A stretch of DNA of 63,949 nucleotides, the filler included, from Octopus bimaculoides (taxonomy: Eukaryota), in assembly GCF_001194135.2 (NCBI RefSeq). It is 6 parts of 5 records of this genome, joined end to end, with 100 filler letters (N's around TTAATTAATTAA, not from the genome) between each part and the next. Parts side by side here need not be neighbours in the genome. Positions count along the whole stretch, not along the records: positions 27,619 to 59,579 come from NC_068982.1; positions 59,680 to 62,783 come from NW_026410975.1; 4 more parts are not named here. One strand, written 5' to 3'. Shown piece after piece: positions 49,109 to 62,162 of this stretch. Made by a program: the position numbers and the translations under genes. Position 1 is the first letter of the stretch. Each line of letters begins with the position of its first letter. The notes under the pieces are model-generated. The model did not search any database. It saw nothing but the letters and a program-made list of their open reading frames with translations, and had not been told where the DNA came from.

Positions 49109-51902
49109 ATGTGTGTGTGTAAAAATGTTACGTATGTATGTGCGTGTGTATGAATGTACGTATATGTAAATATATATGCATGAGTGTGCATGCGTCTGTG
49201 TGCGTATAAATGAATGTTTTCTTTTAATTTTAGACAATGCATTTCTTCATCTGAATTGCAATACCACATCCATTACCACCACCTCCATCACTTACAACCA
49301 AAATCGCTACCATCTCGAGCATCATCATATATGTAGTGATCATTAAAACCATTCTAACCTCTCCTACCAGCACAAACCTCACTAACAACACTAACAACAC
49401 CTATGAACATGGGGGTCTCAATAGAAAAAGGTTTCGTCAATGTAGTTCGCTCGACATGCTAGTAATAGCAGCCACATTTCTGCGTCAGTGGAAAATGCAG
49501 TTCTTGATGTACTAAAAAAATGCAAGTGAAGAATGCTAGCCACTGGATTTGGTTAAAAAGAGACGATGAGCGATGGCTAGAGNNNNNNNNNNNNNNNNNN
49601 NNNNNNNNNNNNNNNNNNNNNNNNNNNNNNNNNNNNNNNNNNNNNNNNNNNNNNNNNNNNNNNNNNNNNNNNNNNNNNNNNNATATATACACCCACGCAT
49701 GCATACATATGTATATAGATAAGTAGATAGATAAATAGACAGACATACACACATGGAGACACCCGCTAGCTAGCTTGATACCATGTTAGATAGACAGGCA
49801 GACAGACAGCAAAAGATTGGTCTGAGAGTTTGATAGGCAAATACCGAGAGTTTGTTAGGCAAATGCAGGTGAGGAGGCAGAATGATAGATAGATGGTTTC
49901 ATACTTTTTCTTAGTTTGACAAGATAGATAGATAGATAGAATGGAAGTGTTTTAGTGAAAACCAAATATTATTGAAGCTTAAATCTAGCGTGAAACTTCA
50001 TTCCACTAAAGCTGATCAGTAAAATACTGAAAGGAGTAGTGAAAAGAAAAAGATTCTTGAATACAGGAAACACTGTATATTCTTAACAACTGGTCCATTA
50101 GTAAATAATGGAGCCACATTTTTTTGTTTGTTTGTTTGTTAGTGTTTTTTTTGTTTTTTAGCAAAATATTTCAGATTCCACCCGATTTTATCCTTGAAAT
50201 CCATTACGGGAAGTAAAACAGCTTTAGCGACATCTCTCTTTCTCACTCTCCCTTACTTTCTCTTTCACTCACTTTCCCTCTCACTTTCTCACTTTCTTTT
50301 TTCTCTCTCTGACACACACAAATATATATGTACATATATATAAATATATATGTACATACATATTTATACACATACACTTGCAAATATACAGAATCGTAGA
50401 TATTCATATATATGAGTTTATATATATATATGTGTGTGTGTGTGTGTGCTTATATATATGTATATATATATATATATTTATGCGTGTATGTATATAAATA
50501 TACATATATATATTTATATACATATATGTATGTATATATATATATATATTTATGCGTGTATGTATATAAATATACATATATATATNNNNNNNNNNNNNNN
50601 NNNNNNNNNNNNNNNNNNNNNNNNNNNNNNNNNNNNNNNNNNNNNNNNNNNNNNNNNNNNNNNNNNNNNNNNNNNNNNNNNNNNNNNNNNNNNNNNNNNN
50701 NNNNNNNNNNNNNNNNNNNNNNNNNNNNNNNNNNNNNNNNNNNNNNNNNNNNNNNNNNNNNNNNNNNNNNNNNNNNNNNNNNNNNNNNNNNNNNNNNNNN
50801 NNNNNNNNNNNNNNNNNNNNNNNNNNNNNNNNNNNNNNNNNNNNNNNNNNNNNNNNNNNNNNNNNNNNNNNNNNNNNNNNNNNNNNNNNNNNNNNNNNNN
50901 NNNNNNNNNNNNNNNNNNNNNNNNNNNNNNNNNNNNNNNNNNNNNNNNNNNNNNNNNNNNNNNNNNNNNNNNNNNNNNNNNNTATATATGCATAGAATAC
51001 ATTGAAAATAAATCAAAGCATACATACCAAAATAATGCATGTAGATACCCTTCTGTTTTTTTTTGTTTTGTTTTGTTTTTTTTACATTGGACTTAATTAT
51101 GTTCCTGTAAGATAAACGTATTCAGTACAAAAACAAAAACAAAAAACAAAAACTACAAAAGCAGAAAGAAACACGTGTATTCACATAGTCAGCAAGATAC
51201 TAAAGAATTATTTTCTCGCAGTAGAATCATTAAATTCACGTGGCTGACATGAAATAAATCACGAGGTATTGTATAGAAATTCGAAGTTAAAAAAAACAAA
51301 AAAAATTTCGATCGTAAACGATTTACGGGTAGAATTATCTCCACTAAAGTGCTGTTCAACATAGTAGGATATAAGATACAAATCAGGGAATTAGAGCTAT
51401 AGCTGTAAAAATATTCGTCAACTACATCAAGAATGTATTCATTTTCAGGTTAAGTCTACGGAAATAACTCAATACGCCTAAAATGAGGTAGTAGTAGTAG
51501 TAGTAGTAGTGTGTACACACATGCAATGTAAACGAAGTGTACTGAAAATAGATCAGGGCATACATATCAAAATATGATATATATGTATGTATGTATGTAT
51601 ATATATATATATATATATATATNNNNNNNNNNNNNNNNNNNNNNNNNNNNNNNNNNNNNNNNNNNNNNNNNNNNNNNNNNNNNNNNNNNNNNNNNNNNNN
51701 NNNNNNNNNNNNNNNNNNNNNAAAATACTTTATTACAACAGCAATAACAATAATAATAACAAATAAATAGACCTAGTACATTTCGATAGAATGATTAATA
51801 CATAAAATATAGGATACTCCATCTCCTCAGGGTCCCATTATTATTGCTATCATCACCATCATTATTATTAGCAATACACATCCCCAAAACACAGAAACCA
51901 TT

Positions 51903-51949
<47 letters not shown>

Positions 51950-52289
51950 TTTTTTAACCCTGGATGCAAATATGTTTCTGTGAGTTAAATGCATGTTTCC
52001 GTTTACATCCTTCCTGCATTCTATGTTTATATACACATATGCTTTTACTTGTGTATATATACATATATACGCTTTTATATGTGTATATGTGTGTATATAT
52101 ACATGGATTCGAAAAAATAATGGTAGCACCACTTTTATTTAGCTACTCTTTCTATTGGCAATACGCCAAATTCAAATTTGTTCTAGTTTACATATGTGTT
52201 CATATGCGTTGTATGTATACCTTGACACTTCACGATATAGCTCTCTTCATTTATTTATTTTTTTGCAAATAGCTATATTTAGATAAATT

Positions 52290-53260
52290 AAAATGTGTGA
52301 CCAATCTGATCTCCAAAGAGGACAAATTGCTGGAGCACTGAAGGCTGGAGTTTCTCACTAAAACTGCTGAAGTGTTTGAACTGTTTAATGTTTCGAGAGG
52401 TGCAGTCTCAAAAATCATGTTGGTATTCCAAAACCAAGGTAAAACCGCGTCTGTCAAGAGTCATTCTGAATGTAATGGCAAAGCTCACGGAGAGGGACTG
52501 CGGAGTAGTGAAACGTATAGTGTTTAAGAACTATCGAGCTACAATGGCAAAAGTGACAGTAGAGCTAAATCACTGTCTAGCCAACTCTGTGCGAACCGAA
52601 ACTATTCATTGTAAACTGGATACCATGAGAAAGTTTACAATTGAGGAGCCTCTCCTGTCCTACATCAACATTGATAAGTGGAATAAATGGTGCTTAGACT
52701 CTCAGAGTGAGTCAATAGTTCAATGGAAGAATGTCATCTGTAGTAAATCATAATTTGCCTTTTTTCTCATTACAGAAGCTTTAAACCTTACTTGTTTTTC
52801 CCTTATTGTGAAACATGAAGGTAGCTCTGTGTTAATTTGGACAGTCATATAAAGGAATTCGCTGGGTCTTTTAGCTATTCTTCATGGCAGAATTAATATC
52901 AAGGATTATCTCGGTATTTTGGCTGATCATATCTATTCTGTGGTGCAAAAATTGTTCCTCGAGAGCAGAGATGACAATGCACCGCTTCACACGGCGAATT
53001 TTATTCAAAATAGGTCCGAAGAGAACAGAAGTGAAGTAGATCACGTGCGTTGCCATCCCGACCTCACATATCACTTAATCTTAATATAGTCGAACATTTT
53101 TGGTACATTTTGGAGTAGCAAGTGAGACGGTACCTCCCTCGGCCAACGTCGCTGACGGACTTAAATCAGGTTTTACTCGGAAAAAGTGGCTTAAACAGAG
53201 ACCTAATTCGACAATTTCTCGACGAGTCAGGATTCAGCGAGTTAAGTCTCTGTGATTGAT
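52290..53260 (+). mobile_element. Tc1-family transposase pseudogene
   Basis: DLQRGQIAGAL.AGVS..KTA....VSRGAVSKIM (paired-like HTH), KLTERD...KRIV.KN.RAT.AKVT.ELN, QWKNVICS, GSVLIW, DDNAPLHTA; many lesions, no intact TIRs seen. Confidence 0.85.
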
Positions 53261-53496
53261 GCTAAAGATCTTGAAATAAAACTGAACAATGACATACATA
53301 CAAACACATACATACATACATACATACATACATACATACATACATACATGCATATTTATATGCGTGTTTTGTGAGAGAGTGTGCGTAGATCTGGATCAGC
53401 TCATTCAAATACGTATTAAAGATTTGACCCTGTCCTAGCTTAATCGATTATATTAAAGATTTTTTCATGCGTCCTTTTTAGTACTAAATACATTAA

Positions 53497-53541
53497 TTCA
53501 TCAACGTTTCGAAGCTATCGCAGATCCATCTTCATAATGAA
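53497..53541 (-). ncRNA. Decayed minimal type I hammerhead ribozyme (Penelope-associated)
   Basis: Minus strand UUCAUU-AUGAAGA-UGGAUCUGCGAUAGCUUC-GAAA-CG-UU-GAUGAA: 6-bp stem I, palindromic ACGU stem III, first core base C changed to A. Confidence 0.45.
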
Positions 53542-53559
53542 ACGACCGCTCAATTTTCT

Positions 53560-54390
53560 ACGTGCCCTTTGCGTTTTTATATAAAGTTAGGAATAAATAA
53601 CGACATATGCACTAAAGGCGTTAAAACTATGCCTTTACATGCACACAGTAAATGGATGTTCAAATGAATATAAACCTATCCTTAGCCAAATCCCTTCCCA
53701 GACAAGCTTTTAAGTATTCGTCAACCATGGAACTAAAAACAAACATTTGTTAACAGCTCGTACTTTAGATTAGTAGATATACCGTAGAACACTATTAATT
53801 AAAGAAATTTACTTACACGGATAGAATAGTCCCAGCACCCAACAAAAATACTCATACTCTGCATTCAGTTACTACAGGAACTAAATGCACCGAGGTTAAA
53901 AAATAGAAGAATACATAATTTAAAAAAAACCTCATAAAACGGTGCGCAACGTGTATCACATCTGACCACAAACAGAATATATTACAAAAACACCAGAACG
54001 AAAAACATCCTCATTAACACAAAACCACAAACCGACAAACCATAGAACATACTTCAAACTCTCAATGTACTTTCCAAATTTCAATACAAACATAAAACTC
54101 GTAAACTTTATGAATCAAACTGTCTCATTGGTCATACAAGTACAACACTCTTCCATCGTTTGATCACTCATTTGTGACAAGGAACCATTGCAACATATCA
54201 CAACACACTTGATGCAATAAGAATCGATAGAAAACAATTGCTGACAACTGTAAAATTCTATATAGAATTCCACAAAAACAATACGAAGAATGTATCTGTA
54301 GAGCATTTACAAATATAAAAATATAAATAAAAAATCAACATAAAAGTCAACATACAGAAACAATACAGCATTAACTACGATAAACACGAA
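53560..54390 (+). mobile_element. Penelope-like element fragment (GIY-YIG endonuclease end)
   Basis: 54121 onward: CLIGHTSTTLFHRLITHL*QGTI, matching the PLE YIG.T.TTL.RRLT.HL..G.I motif. Confidence 0.6.
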
Positions 54391-54398
54391 CATTGTCA

Positions 54399-54459
<61 letters not shown>

Positions 54460-54759
54460 GAGTGAAGGCGCGTTGCTAAGTGGTTAGGGTATTCAGCTCA
54501 CGATCGTAAGGTCGTGAGTTCGGTTCCTGGCGGCGCATTGTGTCCTTGAGCGCGAAACTTTATTTCACGTTGTTCTAGTTCACTCGGCTGACACTCTAGT
54601 GCACTCACACTGAATTTCTCTGAAATCTAGATTAATGATACGCGTGTCTGTGGAGTCCTCAGCCACTTGCGCGTTAATTCTACGTTAATTCTATGAGCAG
54701 GCTGTTAGGTTGGTCGGATCAACTGAAACCCTCATCGCCGTTTAACGACAGAATGCTAG

Positions 54760-54760
<1 letters not shown>
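54460..54760 (+). mobile_element. tRNA-derived SINE inserted in (TCTA)n
   Basis: TGCTAAGTGGTTAGGG A box, GAGTTCGGTTCC B box, TTGTGTCCTTGAGC core; (TATC)n on both sides. Confidence 0.85.
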
Positions 54761-54823
<63 letters not shown>

Positions 54824-55073
54824 TTATCTACATATGAATACATAAATGCATAGGCACACACATATGTGTTTGTGTGACTCCAGTTTCAAGCTCTACATAA
54901 AATGTTCTATAAAACAAATTTTGCAAATTGAGAAAACGGACTTCTCATATCTTGACATGAAAATATTTCCTTCTGTACTGTTAACAGATCGATGCAATTA
55001 GTATCAAATGTGGAATGAAAAGATCGTCGGTGAAGAACAACATACTTACATCCATCAATATGTAGGTTAACTA

Positions 55074-55285
55074 AGCGGCGAGCTGACAGAATCGTTAGCA
55101 AACCGGTCAAAATGCTTAGCAGCATTTCGTTCGTCTTTACGTTCTGAGTTCAAATTCCGCCGGGAACCATTATGTATTTCAACCTCTCTGGGTCGATAAA
55201 ATAAGAACAGTGGGGATCAATGTAACTGACTTACCTCCTCCCCCGAGCTTGCTGGCCGTGTGCCAAAATTTGAAACAAATATGTA
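55074..55285 (+). mobile_element. tRNA-derived Nin/Deu-like SINE
   Basis: GGCGAGCTGACAGAATCGTTAGCA...GTTCTGAGTTCAAATTCCGCC...GGTCGATAAAATAAG. Confidence 0.85.
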
Positions 55286-56029
55286 GGTTAACAGATATAT
55301 TCTAGATATTTGGTTATGTAAGATTATTGATTATCTGTAAGTCTCCTCTTGCCAGTTAGTCTCTAATTCACTATAACTGAAATCACATCTTCGCAATCTA
55401 TTACATTCTTCCTTTCGCTCTTTCTCCCCTTTCTTCTGTCTTTTATGTACCTTTAGGAAGCTATCTGTTTTAGGCTAGGCCCCCTACTCATAGTGCCGGA
55501 CATTCATGCAATAACTGACACTCTATCCTAGGGACACTGTCTGCACTGTTTGAAGAATACAATCATAAAAGCTGTGGGGTGGCAGAAACAATAGTGTTGG
55601 AATGAATATCTTGAGATATATATCGCTATGACGTGCCAGGATTTCAAGTCCCGTCCTGACTGACTTTGACCAGCAGTTATAAAACGACTGTCGCTCACAC
55701 ACTGGGGTGAATCAAATTTATAATAGATCTTTTTCAAACGTGAGTGATCGCTATTTCTTTAAGACGTCTTTAAAAGGGAGACATTGGATAAAGGTATGAG
55801 AAATTTTGGTACAAAGATTTTGGCATCGTTAATTCGACTTAGACTTATGTAGCATCAGATGTTTTATTGTCTCTATCGTTCTCCCCTCTCTCTCTCTTTC
55901 TCTCTCTGTTTATGTGTGTGAGCATCTACTTGTGTTTGTATTTATGTGTCATGTCTCTTCCCTTCCTCTCTCTCTCAGTTTATCTATACGTGCGTGTTTC
56001 TGACCGCGTGCCAACGTGTGTGTATTTAC

Positions 56030-56145
56030 CTCAAGTACCAAAATGCACTGTCGGTAAATCAGATTGAATGTCCAGTCGCCGTGCCAAATAGCGACGCCCA
56101 AATGTCACTTTCCGAATTAGTAATGTAGTCCAAGGTACACTGCGC
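56030..56145 (-). other. Exon-like segment (116 bp), probably non-coding/UTR
   Basis: Acceptor TTTTATTCCC(T)nCAG and donor GAG|GTAAAT; all three frames contain a stop. Confidence 0.4.
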
Positions 56146-57088
56146 CTGAAAAAAAAAAAAAGGGAATAAAACGCAATGGATATGTATGGAATTCCTGTAG
56201 TCATAGAATTGTTCGGACAGTGTTGACCTGGACTAAACAACCCTGGAAACAAGTTTTTCAATATTCATGTATTCCTTAGATATACTTACACATCAAGCTG
56301 ATTATGTATATATGTATATACAAATATACATAACTTATATTAACCTCAGTGCCTTAGTTAAATGTGTTGAAGTGAAAAGACTAGGTTGCTGATAGTATTA
56401 TCCATCACTTAGAGTTGTGATACCTGCGAAGCTGATGTACATTTAACCTCTTCTCACTGTCTATATTTACGGTAAACTCTCACTCTCACTCTNNNNNNNN
56501 NNNNNNNNNNNNNNNNNNNNNNNNNNNNNNNNNNNNNNNNNNNNNNNNNNNNNNNNNNNNNNNNNNNNNNNNNNNNNNNNNNNNNNNNNNNNNNNNNNNN
56601 NNNNNNNNNNNNNNNNNNNNNNNNNNNNNNNNNNNNNNNNNNNNNNNNNNNNNNNNNNNNNNNNNNNNNNNNNNNNNNNNNNNNNNNNNNNNNNNNNNNN
56701 NNNNNNNNNNNNNNNNNNNNNNNNNNNNNNNNNNNNNNNNNNNNNNNNNNNNNNNNNNNNNNNNNNNNNNNNNNNNNNNNNNNNNNNNNNNNNNNNNNNN
56801 NNNNNNNNNNNNNNNNNNNNNNNNNNNNNNNNNNNNNNNNNNNNNNNNNNNNNNNNNNNNNNNNNNNNNNNNATATATAGTTTCAGCAGAAGATTTATGC
56901 GCATGCCTAGATGATACATAAATGCATGCATTCATGATTTTATATGCATGCATGCACACATTATTATACAGATAGATACGTTTAGATATTAATCCTACGG
57001 GCATCTGAATGCATACACACATGAACAGTACACTAATAAATATGTATGCTTGTATGCATGCATATTCATAGGCATGTATGTATGCATG

Positions 57089-57122
<34 letters not shown>

Positions 57123-57289
57123 TGTATGTATGTATGCATGTATGTATGTATGTACGTGCACTACGGATGAACTCACTTGCCTCAGCAGATCTAGCGCAAA
57201 TGGACATTTTCTCTAGAGCAGCAGTATATGCATATATATGTGTATATGTTTGTATGAGTGCGTGTGTATGTGTGGGTGCGCGTGTGTAA

Positions 57290-57530
57290 TGTGGTTACCA
57301 GTAACAACTTCAGATCCCAGAGCTACATGAGATTAACTGAAAAGAATTAGATTCAACCAGAGACGTTCAGAAATGCCACTAGCGAAAAGCGTATGGAATC
57401 TGAAAACTCAAAACCTAACAAACTTCAAGTTTGAAATTCTTATCTTTACTTGGTCATCCTCTCAGAATGACTATTGCAGCCGGGACAGCTCAGAGAAAAC
57501 AGCCACTCTATTCTACATGGGGGCTGTCTG
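57290..57530 (+). mobile_element. Penelope-like element C-terminal fragment
   Basis: MPLAKSVWNLKTQNLTNFKFEIL resembles the PLE T.LS.Y.W.LK......I.W.IL motif. Confidence 0.45.
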
Positions 57531-57711
57531 AATTCAACATTATAGTTTATCTCTTTCTAGGCGCACAAGCCAAAATACTTATATGCAAAGCTATACCAGC
57601 GGAACCGTCATATCAATAATGATCTACAATTGCTTAATAATTGTCCATAGCGAATGCAAACGTATTCAAATAAGTTCAGGTATGTATGTGTAGGTATGTA
57701 CAAATTAGAAC

Positions 57712-58070
57712 AGTATGCCTCTTATATTGCTGGCTCAGTGGTTAGAGCGTCGGGCTTACAATCATGAGGTAGTGAGTTCGATTCCCGGACCGGGTTCTGT
57801 GTTGCATTCTTCAGCAAGACACTTTATTCTTCGTTGCTGCAGTTCGCTCAACTGTAGAAATGAGTTGCGACGTCATTGGTGCCAAGTTGTGTCGGCCGTT
57901 GACTTTCCCTTGGATAACATCAGTGGCTTGAATAGGGACAGCTGATACGCATGGGTGACTGCTGGTCTTCCATAAACAACCTTTCCCGGACTTGTGCCTC
58001 GGAGGGTAACTTTCTAGGTGCAATTCCATGCTCATTCATGACCGAAGGGGGTCTTTGCCGTTTTTTACCC
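57712..58070 (+). mobile_element. tRNA-derived SINE with CORE-like domain
   Basis: TGGCTCAGTGGTTAGAGC A box, GAGTTCGATTCC B box; homologous to 24815-25155. Confidence 0.9.
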
Positions 58071-59015
58071 TTTTATATTGTGTATTGCAATGATTGCCAG
58101 TTTGGTTGATCGATCGACGGGATTATTCATCGCCGAAACCGACGAAGATACATTTACTTATATATGTCTCTATGTGCAAAAATTAGTATCGAAAGAGGTA
58201 TTTCTGGATCCTAAAGCTGTTTTATTTACTCTTTAACTTTGGGGCTGCTATTATCAATGTATTGCGCATTCCACCACATCTTGTCATGAAATATTCCGTC
58301 TCCTGCATCAGACATTTGCAATATGGTTTCTTTGTACGGATAGGCACGTGTTACGTCGAAAGATTTATGTTCTACGATATATCAGGATCAACTGTAGTTG
58401 CTGATATTGGTCAAGGATTCGAAGATTAGTTTGATGAAAAGAGCAACACAAGTATATACACGTACACACTCTCTCACACACACACGCGCATGTATGTATG
58501 TATGTATGTATGTATGTATGTATGTATGTATGTATGTATGTATGTATGATTGTGCAAACGAATGTGTGTATGGGCACGCACGAATGCGTGCAAGTGGGTT
58601 CGTCGCGCGTACACGTATGCATGTATGTTTTTTAAGTATTTTATGCTATAGTTGCTTTTTGTACGGTTTATGTTTATTTATTTATGTATTTCTGTTTTTT
58701 TTTTTTCAATTACAATTTTCTAGCTATAAATATATAACTTCATTAGTGCTAGCACCAACTGGAAATGGGAATCGAAAAATTTACCGTATTGCATACTTTT
58801 GAATTTATTTCCACAATATAAATACAACTACAACTTGGCTATTCATTCATATGTTCTGATAGATTTGAACACGAATATCTGATCTGTGTTGTTTTTCGCC
58901 ACCGGAAAACGCCTCCTTTCTTTAGGTGATATATTTTCATAACGTACATGATTTATAGGCTTTTCGTTGCAAGGGGAATTCGAGCTGTTTGGATCTCGTT
59001 CTGTGTCTTCTCTGT

Positions 59016-59077
<62 letters not shown>

Positions 59078-59518
59078 CGTGTGCGTGCGTGCGTGCGTGC
59101 GTGTGTGTGTGTGCGAGCGTGTGTATAGTTCAAATTGACAGAAAACAAAAGAAGACAGGTGTAGGAACAACAAGCAGGTGTATTAGTTTAACGCTCGGGA
59201 AGAATGGAAAAGTCTTTTATATTTCGAGCCTTTTATATTTCGAGCCTAAAGTTTTACCTCTTAATGCATACGCTCACGTGGTCAATCCAGTTTCATCCTA
59301 CCTGCTCGAATTTCCTTTTCACTTGGACTCTCATCTTAACTACTTCCCGGACTTTCGGTACCTCTCCGCATCCATCTAACCAGCACTCCACCCAGATTAC
59401 CACTGGGCATTCGTACTCTTTCGGACTGTATCTCCATGGATCTTACTGGATCTCGTTCTGTGTATTCTTTGTTATATGTGTGTGTGTGTGTGTGTGTTTG
59501 TGTCTTCTTTGTTATATA

Positions 59519-59577
<59 letters not shown>

Positions 59578-61319
59578 TTNNNNNNNNNNNNNNNNNNNNN
59601 NNNNNNNNNNNNNNNNNNNNNNNTTAATTAATTAANNNNNNNNNNNNNNNNNNNNNNNNNNNNNNNNNNNNNNNNNNNNCCGTGTGACTCGTGTAAATAA
59701 AAGGAGTCCTGTTTTTCCATTCGTCACCACATCTTTTATGAGTTCGCACGGTCGTCCCTAACAACCCTAAGAGTAAAACATTTATTTTAATGATGATGAT
59801 GATATCCAATACGTTATCCACACCTATGACATATATGAGCATTAGACATTAGTACTCAATTTATTCATTTTCTTTCAGATTTTATTTGCAAATGAATCAT
59901 ACATATTCAAGGTTTTTCCAGAGTCTCTCTATTATCCTCACACGTAGACACACAAAATGCGTGCGCGCACACGCACGCACACAATTTATGCGTGTTTGGT
60001 GCGCGTACCTGGTATCTGACACTGAACTTTTGTTTCTAGGAAAACAATTATTTCTCTTTCATTTGACTTTCGGAAACTTTCCGGCAAATGACGATCTTTG
60101 CTGAGAGTACGACGACACCGACCGCCACCACCATTATCCCAACTACTATCATCACCATAACCACACTACCACACTACCATCATGACCGCTATCACCACCA
60201 TATCATCACTACCATTCGCGCACGCTAGAGTGTGTTTCCTGGAATGTATTTTCAGTTTCCTAGAAAACAGTTCTTTTGCTTTCATTTTACTTACCGAGTT
60301 TCTGGGAAATGATGTGATAATTTTACTTTCTGCTTCAAGAAGAAGAGGAGCAAACGACCTAGAGCACAACAACGACGGTGACGATAGTGACTGCTGCAGC
60401 AACAAAATCCACGCCATATTTTACTTGTCAAATACTTTCACTTTCTCTCTGTATTTATAAGATTCCATCAACAAGTAAAACAATGTNNNNNNNNNNNNNN
60501 NNNNNNNNNNNNNNNNNNNNNNNNNNNNNNNNNNNNNNNNNNNNNNNNNNNNNNNNAGTCATTTTGGATCATATTTATTGTTTCCCTTACATATATATTT
60601 TTTTAGATTAGAAACATTGTTAATAGGATTGCTTTTAGGAATACGTCTGCTAAAAATCGTCAATTAAGTGAAACGAGAAATGGTATTTGTACTATGTGAG
60701 AGAAGTCCTGCCAAAATTTAAAACCGAAACTGTCGGCCCACTAACTAGTTTAGAGTTTTACCTAGTGCTAATTGCATAAACTAACTGTATTCATCAAATG
60801 CATTAGACATAATTTCTGTTAAGTTTTTATAGTCTAGTTTATAAATTCTACAATATCAGATATTTATCAGTTTTATTTCATTGCCGATTATTGCCAAATG
60901 TTAATGGCCATTTATTTATCCTGTGGAATTTCTTTTCAATGAATTTGTTGAACATTTTATGTGTACAAAGATCAAAAGACTACCCACTTTCGAAGGCGAT
61001 CTTCGATTTTAGATATCGGCAGGACTAAAAATGAAACTGAACAGTCCAGGAAAATATAAAAATAGACTTGGGTATCTCGAGTAAGCGGAATAAATATGGA
61101 AATACTTATCAAAAAAAATTATTTAATAACCCGACAGTATTCTCTAATTTATTTAAAGATTTGACTTTTTAAATAGCAACACTTATTTCAACTTTAATGA
61201 CGAAGTTACTAAAGTAACTTAGAAAGGCTTACAAATAGAATAATCATACTGTCACACTTCTATAAACACGTTACAATTTGGATTGAACGAAGGCCAAACA
61301 GAAAAGATCCGAGGGATAC

Positions 61320-61665
61320 AGTTTTTATACTCATACTCAAGCGTAGCTAAGTCGATTACATCGACTCAAGTGTTTAACTGCTATTCATTTTATTGACCCC
61401 AAAAGGATGAAAAGCAAAGTCAACCGCAGAGAAATTTAGGTAATTTTTCAGATTAACACCCGCACGATCTTCACTAGGGTGTTTGGGTTAGGGAATTCCG
61501 TCCATAACCGTAACCGTAACCCTAACCCAGACCCCAAAACCCTAACCCTAACACCCTAGTGAAGATCGTGCGGGTGTTAATCTGAAAAATTACCGAAATT
61601 TGAACTGAAAACGCAAAGACGAACGAAATGTCAGCCGGCCTACTAACAATTCTGCCAGCTTGCCA
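61320..61665 (-). mobile_element. Nin/Deu-like SINE split by a MITE
   Basis: AAAGTCAACCGCAGAGAAATTT | insert | GAAATTTGAACTGAAAACG reconstitutes the SINE consensus. Confidence 0.8.
61439..61594. mobile_element. Merlin-like MITE (156 bp) with telomere-like repeats
   Basis: Perfect 45-bp TIR GGTAATTTTTCAGATTAACACCCGCACGATCTTCACTAGGGTGTT; 8-bp TSD GAAATTTA/GAAATTTG; GGTAA terminus; interior of TAACCG/CCCTAA units. Confidence 0.85.
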
Positions 61666-61767
61666 CCTTTAGTTGTGTTGTAATTGGAAGAATTACCAGA
61701 AAAATCAATCAATCCCTGAACAAGCATTCCTGAGTACGCTATAAAAATAAATTTGAGAACATTTAGT

Positions 61768-62162
61768 CAAAGGCGGCGAGTTGGCATAATCGTTAGGACA
61801 ACATACATAGCGTCATTTCGTCTCACTACACGTCCGGAGTTCAAATGCTGCAGAGGTCGACTTTGCCTTCAACCCTTTCGAGGTCGATGAAATAAGCATC
61901 AGTGGCGTACTGTGGTCGGTTCGGTGTAATCGACTAGCCCTCTCTAAAATTTCAGACTTAGGCACAAAGCCAGAAATTTCGGAGGAAGAGAAAAGTAGCT
62001 CACATCGACCTATGTGTTCAACTGGTACTTATTTTATCGATCAGGGCATGATGAAAAGCGAAGTCGACCTCGGGGAAATTTGAATTCAGAACATATAAAG
62101 ACGGACGAAATGCCGCTAAGCATTTTGCCTGGCGTGCTAACGATTCTACCAGCCTGCCGCCT
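61768..62162. mobile_element. Two Nin/Deu-like SINEs tail-to-tail (+ 61768-61985; - about 61960-62162)
   Basis: AAGGCGGCGAGTTGGCATAATCGTTAG head on +; CGTGCTAACGATTCTACCAGCCTGCCGCCT head on -. Confidence 0.8.

Noticed and set aside
56059-56145. CTLDY as an opsin/retinochrome motif
   Set aside because: That frame stops after 28 codons and lacks the following transmembrane helix.
57715-57795. tRNA gene (also the heads at about 24.8 and 54.5 kb)
   Set aside because: A/B boxes run directly into SINE body sequence and no acceptor stem closes.
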